The notes beneath the pieces are model-generated. The model ran no database searches, was not told where the DNA came from, and worked only from the letters and a program-made list of their open reading frames with translations. This document shows positions 57,995 through 64,000 of a stretch of DNA of 64,000 nt, in pieces. Location: the IMG/VR virus record IMGVR_UViG_3300031260_000038, positions 15,099-79,098 of that record, one strand, 5' to 3'. The DNA comes from a virus (taxonomy: Duplodnaviria; Caudoviricetes). Every line of letters begins with the position of its first letter. The first letter of the stretch is position 1. The translations under genes and the position numbers were made by a program.

Positions 57995-58169
57995 TACTTA
58001 ATCTCCTGTTTTAATATTTGTCTGATTTTATCCAGTTTATTCTGCAACTCAATAGCCAACACCGCTTGCTCATAGATTGGCTTGTAGCAAACTTCACGTA
58101 GATATTTAGGACATTCAAAACCTTCCATCTTTATTTTTATTTCTAATTCAGTCAGCATTATTCAACCCC

Positions 58170-58370
58170 CTATAACTCTCTATATGTATGTTTTAATAAT
58201 TCTATATCACCAACGTATTTATCATTAGGGTGTATAAAACATGGAATTTTTTCAAGAATACCGCAAAAATTTTTTCTAAACAGGGTTTTATAGACAGGTT
58301 CGACGCTCCATAGGTCTAATAAATCTTGCCGCTGTTTTTCTAGCCAATCAATATATTCATATGCTTTCAT
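58170..58370 (-). CDS. Hypothetical protein
   Basis: 66-aa ORF. Confidence 0.4.
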   Translation of the reverse strand: MKAYEYIDWLEKQRQDLLDLWSVEPVYKTLFRKNFCGILEKIPCFIHPNDKYVGDIELLKHTYREL

Positions 58371-58371
58371 A

Positions 58372-58690
58372 TTATTTTTCCCCTTCTTGTGAACTTATTA
58401 TATCATACAAATCTTCAATTGTCAACTGTCCTTTTAAAACTGTTTTTTCTGGCTCATTGTAAAACCATGCTCTTTTACCATCTGGCTCAAAAGGAATATT
58501 AAATTGTCCACAAGCAACCCACTTTTTAGCCCAATCTGTAGCTGTAGAGCTATACATTCCGTAAAGAGAACGCTTAAAATATTTTTTGCCATAAACTTTT
58601 TCACAAAAATTACAACAATCGCCACATCTCTTATCTTCAATTTTACCATATCGTCTGTGCATAGCATCTATCTTTTTAAGTATCATAAAT
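58372..58690 (-). CDS. Cys-rich hypothetical protein (start approximate)
   Basis: CGDCCNFC; GQLTIEDL; the track's longer 5' extension overlaps the YopX gene. Confidence 0.45.
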
Positions 58691-59032
58691 ATTACCAATA
58701 ACAATATCATATTTTTGAGGACAACAATCAGCCAAAAGCATACTGTCATAGTCATCTGGATAAAATACAGCCATAAAAGCAGAATGATTATTGTCAAATT
58801 CAACCCTGTAAATATCGCCTTCATCTGTTTGTAAAATATCTCCGCTATAAATTTCAGTACCATTCCTGTCGTACTTGCCTGAAAACTGTCCTACAGTTTC
58901 ATGAATAACGTCATGGCTAATATAAAAATCGCTACTTATAATTATATGTTCTGAAAGTATGTGGGCATATTTATAATAACCATAAACCCATAATCCATTT
59001 TGTTTTTTGCCCCTAAATTTATACTTCATCAC
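58676..59032 (-). CDS. YopX-family protein
   Basis: KFRGK..W.YG; VGQFSGKYDRNGTEIYSGDI; VIGNIY. Confidence 0.8.
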   Translation of the reverse strand: MMKYKFRGKKQNGLWVYGYYKYAHILSEHIIISSDFYISHDVIHETVGQFSGKYDRNGTEIYSGDILQTDEGDIYRVEFDNNHSAFMAVFYPDDYDSMLLADCCPQKYDIVIGNIYDT

Positions 59033-59083
59033 TATTACCCCACTCTATAGATATATTGGCAATATTATGTCTACCTACTTTTG

Positions 59084-59317
59084 TTATTTCATAGAAAACC
59101 CACGGTTTGTTAAAAGTTCATGTAAATACCTTATAATGGCATCTGTATATTCAGGTGTTGTTTTAGATGGTTTACAAAAAGCCGTAAATCTACCGTTTTG
59201 AATTGATTTGTTGATTTCTTCAAAAACTTCTGCCGCTATTTTCCCTTTTTCTTCTTCAAGGGTGCTATTTTTTAAAGACTGTTCATACGCTTCTTTGGCT
59301 GTTATAAAATTCATCAT
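59084..59317 (-). CDS. Hypothetical protein
   Basis: FITAKEA start. Confidence 0.45.
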   Translation of the reverse strand: MMNFITAKEAYEQSLKNSTLEEEKGKIAAEVFEEINKSIQNGRFTAFCKPSKTTPEYTDAIIRYLHELLTNRGFSMK

Positions 59318-59775
59318 TATTTATTCTCCTTGTCATGTATATTGTCTATAACTTTAATATTATATTGTTTAACAGTATTATATGTTAATCTTTTAACAGA
59401 ATCTTCAGTAATAATAGAAAAACACCCATTTTTTATATCATGCTTTATAATTCCATTTTCAACAAATGTTTGGCTTTTGTCTTTAGTATAAGTAATTTTA
59501 ATAGTATATTCAATAATGTCATCAGTATAAATCTCAGTGTATACTTTATCTCTTAATCCAGTAAATTGCCCCACTGTTTCTTCAATGACTTCAACTGCAT
59601 TTAGCGGGCGTTCCATGTTCCAGTCTGCGAAACCGCTTTGGAATATTAAGTGAACAACATCTGATTCTTTTAGATAATCGCCTATTGGTGAAACTTGCCG
59701 CTTAATATATTTTACATAGTAGCCGTATTCCCATTTCCCGCTGTCTTTATTTTTCGCCCTAAATTTATATCTCAT
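59317..59775 (-). CDS. YopX-family protein
   Basis: KFRAK..W.YG; VGQFTGL.D; IYTDDII. Confidence 0.8.
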   Translation of the reverse strand: MRYKFRAKNKDSGKWEYGYYVKYIKRQVSPIGDYLKESDVVHLIFQSGFADWNMERPLNAVEVIEETVGQFTGLRDKVYTEIYTDDIIEYTIKITYTKDKSQTFVENGIIKHDIKNGCFSIITEDSVKRLTYNTVKQYNIKVIDNIHDKENK

Positions 59776-59791
59776 TATTTAATTTAACTCC

Positions 59792-59983
59792 TTATAAATG
59801 ATAATTAGTGAACTGTTTTGTCCTATTTATTTCTTCGTAGACAAGGTACAATAAAATATTTTTATACTCATTGTCTAACGATTCATAGTAGTCACAGCCC
59901 ATGCCTACTGATTTGTCTATGCACCATTCTTCTTCTAAAATTAAATTTTTAATTTCTTCTAATGTTTCAATATCAATTTTCAT
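59792..59983 (-). CDS. Hypothetical protein
   Basis: Small acidic ORF. Confidence 0.4.
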   Translation of the reverse strand: MKIDIETLEEIKNLILEEEWCIDKSVGMGCDYYESLDNEYKNILLYLVYEEINRTKQFTNYHL

Positions 59984-59986
59984 AAT

Positions 59987-60193
59987 TTATTCTCCTTCGT
60001 TTAAAAAAACAACCATATCAGGGCTGTAAACAACCCTATCCAAAATATTTCCAATGTATATTTTAACATATCCACCAATATGATTTTCTACATAAAGCAT
60101 TTTTGTTATTTTTTCGCCACCAATAAAACCTCCTAAAAGAAAAATTTCTTTGTTACCCCTGTTTTTATATACCGCTTTAACTTCTATCGCCAT
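59987..60193 (-). CDS. Hypothetical protein
   Basis: Small ORF. Confidence 0.4.
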   Translation of the reverse strand: MAIEVKAVYKNRGNKEIFLLGGFIGGEKITKMLYVENHIGGYVKIYIGNILDRVVYSPDMVVFLNEGE

Positions 60194-60534
60194 TATTTTA
60201 CTCCTTCTTTCTTACGCCATTCAAGCTTCATATATTCGTAAATCAGCCCCGACACTACATCAAGCGGGTCTTTTTCAATAGTTATCTCTCTTGGCTCTTC
60301 TCCCGCTAAAACTAATTTATAATTAATATTAAGATTATCACAAATATTTTTTATTTCGCTAACATTAATACCCATATAGCCGTTTAATATTTTCTTAAAA
60401 AGATATGGTGATAACCCCACCACTTCTGCCACCTGTTCTTCGCTAATTCCTGCCGATTCCAGATTATGCCTAATTATTTTTCCAATTTTCTTATAATAGG
60501 CTTCGCTACCATTTATATCTTTGTTATCATTCAT
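60193..60534 (-). CDS. XRE-family HTH regulator
   Basis: IGKIIR...GISEEQVAEVVGLS...IC..LNI. Confidence 0.7.
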   Translation of the reverse strand: MNDNKDINGSEAYYKKIGKIIRHNLESAGISEEQVAEVVGLSPYLFKKILNGYMGINVSEIKNICDNLNINYKLVLAGEEPREITIEKDPLDVVSGLIYEYMKLEWRKKEGVK

Positions 60535-60535
60535 A

Positions 60536-60910
60536 TTATTTTGCCTTCAAAAGTTCCCCCGCTATATCAGATTTGTCATGTATATTACCAATAACTTCAA
60601 GCCTTGGATATGCAAAATATTCATATTCGCCCCTGCTATCTCTAAATCTAAAACCACAAACATCTTCACACCATGCGGCTACAGCGGCTACATATACATG
60701 AACATCACCATAAATATCACCAAGTTTTACTTTAACAATATCATTTTCATATATTTTAGTGCCATTTTTATCGAACATTCCTGTGAATCTTTCAACAATA
60801 CCTTCAGTCCACAAGGCGTTGCCATAAAATAAACTTCCTATAGGCGTTATTGACCATAATCCACCGCTACCATATGATTCTGTAACTTTATCCCATACTC
60901 TATATTCCAT
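60536..60910 (-). CDS. YopX-family protein
   Basis: MEYRVWDK; FTGMFDKNGTKIYENDIV; EVIGNIH. Confidence 0.8.
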   Translation of the reverse strand: MEYRVWDKVTESYGSGGLWSITPIGSLFYGNALWTEGIVERFTGMFDKNGTKIYENDIVKVKLGDIYGDVHVYVAAVAAWCEDVCGFRFRDSRGEYEYFAYPRLEVIGNIHDKSDIAGELLKAK

Positions 60911-60940
60911 AATTATTTCCCCTTTCTTTACTATACACCC

Positions 60941-60969
60941 ATTATACCACAGCCACATCAGCTTGTCAA
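60941..60969 (-). promoter_or_regulatory. SigA-type promoter
   Basis: TTGACA-17-TATAAT. Confidence 0.8.
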
Positions 60970-61077
60970 GTTCGATTTCTGCGAAATCTTCACTATAAAG
61001 CTCAAAAACAAAATTTTCTTCACCAAATGTTCAATTGTTTCAATCTTCGCAAAATATTTAAAAATAAAATTTTACCA

Positions 61078-61371
61078 TTAAACCTTAAATACAACTTTTC
61101 GCTTACTGGTTTTAATAAGATAGCCCCGCTCAATCAATTCAGCAAATGCTTTATGATAACCATTCTGTGACATTCCAGTTCTCTTTTTTACATCTTCTGG
61201 TGATAATCTCCATATTTTTCCCCACTGAACCCGATATAAATACATAAATAACTTAAAGCTATTCCCACTCAAGGTAGTCATCGCCCGCTCTAAATCAGCT
61301 ATATTAACAACAATATATGGAACTTCGCTGTCTCGCCGCTCCGCTGTTATAGTATAAAAGTTATTATGCAC
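61078..61371 (-). CDS. Winged-HTH protein (replication-initiator-like)
   Basis: LSGNSFKLFMYL...GMS...HKAFAELIERGYLI. Confidence 0.55.
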   Translation of the reverse strand: MHNNFYTITAERRDSEVPYIVVNIADLERAMTTLSGNSFKLFMYLYRVQWGKIWRLSPEDVKKRTGMSQNGYHKAFAELIERGYLIKTSKRKVVFKV

Positions 61372-61459
61372 TTGCTTTATCTCTCCTGTTTTCCGCTACC
61401 GCTATTTTATCACATCTTTATAAAAATGTCAAATTTCAAAACACCAAAAAATGGTGTGT

Positions 61460-61680
61460 ATAATATTAATTATACTAATAGTAATCTTATATACTAATAT
61501 ATACTATATACTAATAGAGTCTTATTAATTATTAGTATATATTAATCTTAATTACTAATATATATTAATTACTAATATAACCTTAAAGATTATATACAGT
61601 AATTAATCTTATATACTAATATAATCTTATTACTAAAGATAATAACTATATACTCTATTAATCTTAAATACTATATATAT
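61460..61680. repeat. AT-rich iteron-like repeat tract
   Basis: TACTAAT at least six times and TAATCTTA five times. Confidence 0.55.
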
Positions 61681-62026
61681 GTTTTTTTCTTTTGTATTAC
61701 TTTTCTTTGTTTAAGCACTTTTGATAATATTTTCTCCGCTTTAGTGTTTGTAGTATCGTGTCGTATTATTTTATTTCTCCATGTTATCTTTTGTGCGACA
61801 CTCTTCAATTTTTTTGACAAAAAATCGAAATATTGAAATTTATTATCAGTAAAAATTAAAAATTTACGATAGGAGACGTTTTAAGGCACTTGTAGTATTA
61901 AGATGATAAATTACCCTACTTTGATAATAGAACGTGTTTAAAGTGCATTTACGGTCATTTAAAGACCATTTGTGATTGACATGTTAGCTGTAGTAACCAT
62001 TTTATGACCAATATTTAATAAAATGC

Positions 62027-62056
62027 TTGACAAAAGTGTTAATTGTATGTTATAAT
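62027..62056 (+). promoter_or_regulatory. SigA-type promoter
   Basis: TTGACA-18-TATAAT. Confidence 0.75.
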
Positions 62057-62094
62057 GGGATTGAACAAAATTTTATGAAAGGAGATAATTTAAT

Positions 62095-62373
62095 ATGATT
62101 AATCTTTATGATGATAAGTTTCTTTATTGTGATGAAAGACAATATATTCTATGTGAGTCTTTTGTAAATAAGAAAACTGGTGAAATTGGTTATAAAAACC
62201 ATAAGTATTTTACTAATCTTAGTTCTATTATTAGAATTGTTAAAGATGATATGACTAAAACTGCACTCAAGAAATCTGAAACCCTTAATGACTTTCTTAG
62301 CGCCATTAAAGAACTGAACAGAAAAGCAAATACCATTAAGGAAAAAATTGAACAATATGTTAGCGGGGAATAG
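62095..62373 (+). CDS. Hypothetical protein
   Basis: AAGGAG RBS; D..QYIL....YF..L motif. Confidence 0.6.
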   Translation: MINLYDDKFLYCDERQYILCESFVNKKTGEIGYKNHKYFTNLSSIIRIVKDDMTKTALKKSETLNDFLSAIKELNRKANTIKEKIEQYVSGE

Positions 62374-63416
62374 CCGAGTGACTATTAAGCCGAGAGAGAT
62401 GATAGCGGAAAATGCTATTGTCTCTTTTTTATTGCGGAGCTTTTTTGCGTAGCCGTTATGATAGCTTATCAGCGTGTTTTATGTTAAAGTAATGGTGTTA
62501 TATTACTTTTATGTTGAAACGCCTTTAAGGTACATTTACGCTCGACTGCGGTGGTCTCATTACTGATATGTTATTATGATAATTAAATAATGTTGTTGTT
62601 TCAATGCTTCAAGGTGAAAATGCTTGCTAAAGCGGGTACTATCATCTTGGGGCTTTTTATTTGCCTTGAAGTTATCGTGACGATGCGAGTAGCCGAGACT
62701 GTTATATGTCTGCTAATGTATGAAAATGAACCTATCTCGTTTTCGATGACAGTTAACAGTGTGATGTTAGTTCATGTTGTTGTTTTTGTTTTGTTTTTTG
62801 TTGTTTTTGTGTGAGTGAGAGTACATATACTAAAATCTGGCACGAACAAATGTTTTGTTTTGTAAAGTAACCGGATGTTATATCATATCATGATATAAGT
62901 ACGTATAACATATATATTATATGAACGTATGAGCTATGATAAACGATAATTGACATGCTATGTAATATTGATTATTAGATATTGTAATATCGATAATTTG
63001 ATACCAAATAATCCATATTTTAAAATTAACACTATTTTTCATGTTATTTTATGTAAAATTAACATTTTATTATAAATATTATAAACAATATAATCATTTT
63101 ATCATAACAATATCTCATAATACATCATAATATATCATGATACATCAATAATCATATCAACTAACATGGATAATATGACATATAATAATCAATATTACAT
63201 CATGTAATAGTTTAAACATGGATAATATGTCAACTAAAATAATGCTTGACATAATGATAAAACTATGTTACGTGCGTGCACGTTCATTATAATATTATGG
63301 TATGAGCAGCACCAATTATTTGTTAACAATTTGTTCATAAACAATATATATTTTATTCATATTTGAACGATATACTTAACTCATACAAACAAACAAACAA
63401 ACACGGAGGTGACATT

Positions 63417-63722
63417 ATGAACAAATTTTTAGTATTCGAGGCCGATGTATGGCCAGACGGTAACAGTTTTTCAGTAAACATGTATTATCCATTAATTGAA
63501 AATTACACGGGCAAACAATTAACAATTGAATTATCAGACGATTCAGACGATATTGACATTATTAATACTCTTATTAATAATCAAATTATCGATGATAACA
63601 TATTAAATCAAGACGATTATACAATTAACATTGAATATCTTTACAATGATATTATAGTGACAATAAATGACTTGATAGACACTGAGGCAACGCCTATTAT
63701 TATAGAATTATGTGAGGTATAA
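63417..63722 (+). CDS. Very acidic 101-aa protein
   Basis: ATG after GGAGGTGA; about 21 D/E vs 2 K. Confidence 0.6.
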   Translation: MNKFLVFEADVWPDGNSFSVNMYYPLIENYTGKQLTIELSDDSDDIDIINTLINNQIIDDNILNQDDYTINIEYLYNDIIVTINDLIDTEATPIIIELCEV

Positions 63723-63727
63723 TAAAA

Positions 63728-64000
63728 ATGAAACAATTTGAAAATAACGCCGTAACTATGTTTCAATATAAAAACAATCGTATTAATTCAAAAAGTAAAT
63801 CAGTATATTTTACTCATTTAATATCAGACGATAAAATAGCAGACGATAGAATTTTATCACAATTTTGCAATACAGTTTCTGAAATTGTAAATAACGCAAT
63901 TATTTACAAAAAAAATATTGAATTGTCAGCTTATGTATTTTTTGACAAAAAATCAAAATATATCAACGCAAACAAACAATATTATTATTGTATAGAGCCA
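63728..64000 (+). CDS. Hypothetical protein (runs off window)
   Basis: Open frame MKQFENNAVTMF... to the window end. Confidence 0.5.
   Translation, partial: MKQFENNAVTMFQYKNNRINSKSKSVYFTHLISDDKIADDRILSQFCNTVSEIVNNAIIYKKNIELSAYVFFDKKSKYINANKQYYYCIEP

Noticed and set aside
20053-62814. Short + strand ORFs opposite the structural genes (e.g. 20869, 21710, 30976, 40862, 55241) and 62590-62814
   Set aside because: Antisense shadows or low-complexity frames without RBS or motifs
1-64000. CRISPR array, rRNA, Firmicutes dif site
   Set aside because: No regularly spaced repeat-spacer run, rRNA sequence or dif-like 11-6-11 site was recognised by eye

Overview
Part of a large AT-rich tailed phage or prophage of a Firmicutes host, with SPbeta/c-st-like gene order. 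1-10.8 kb (+): nucleotide metabolism genes, including a class II ribonucleotide reductase split at its catalytic Cys codon by a group I intron, dUTPase, PhoH, a ThyX-like gene, a HAD deoxyribonucleotidase, a DUF2829/Tad2-like gene and two TnpB elements. 10.8-61.4 kb (mostly -): two tandem diversity-generating retroelement (DGR) tail-fibre cassettes, lysis genes, tail and head genes, three tRNAs, many small accessory genes, a third TnpB element and a candidate origin. From 62 kb: probable early genes (+). Main discovery: each DGR cassette (target, [avd], TR, RT, XkdW-like, XkdX-like) has its own tyrosine recombinase, and just after each recombinase stop codon is a short sequence repeated inside the matching tail-fibre gene at the stalk/receptor-binding-domain boundary. 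For DGR2 it is a perfect 16-bp inverted repeat (16595-16610 / 19661-19676), predicting an invertible switch. For DGR1 it is a 12/15 in-frame direct repeat (10996-11010 / 15434-15448) followed by an orphan gene C-terminus, predicting an integrative or excisable domain-swap cassette. Recombination itself is inferred, not observed. Family assignments come from motif recognition by eye; no database searches were run. No CRISPR array or rRNA was seen.
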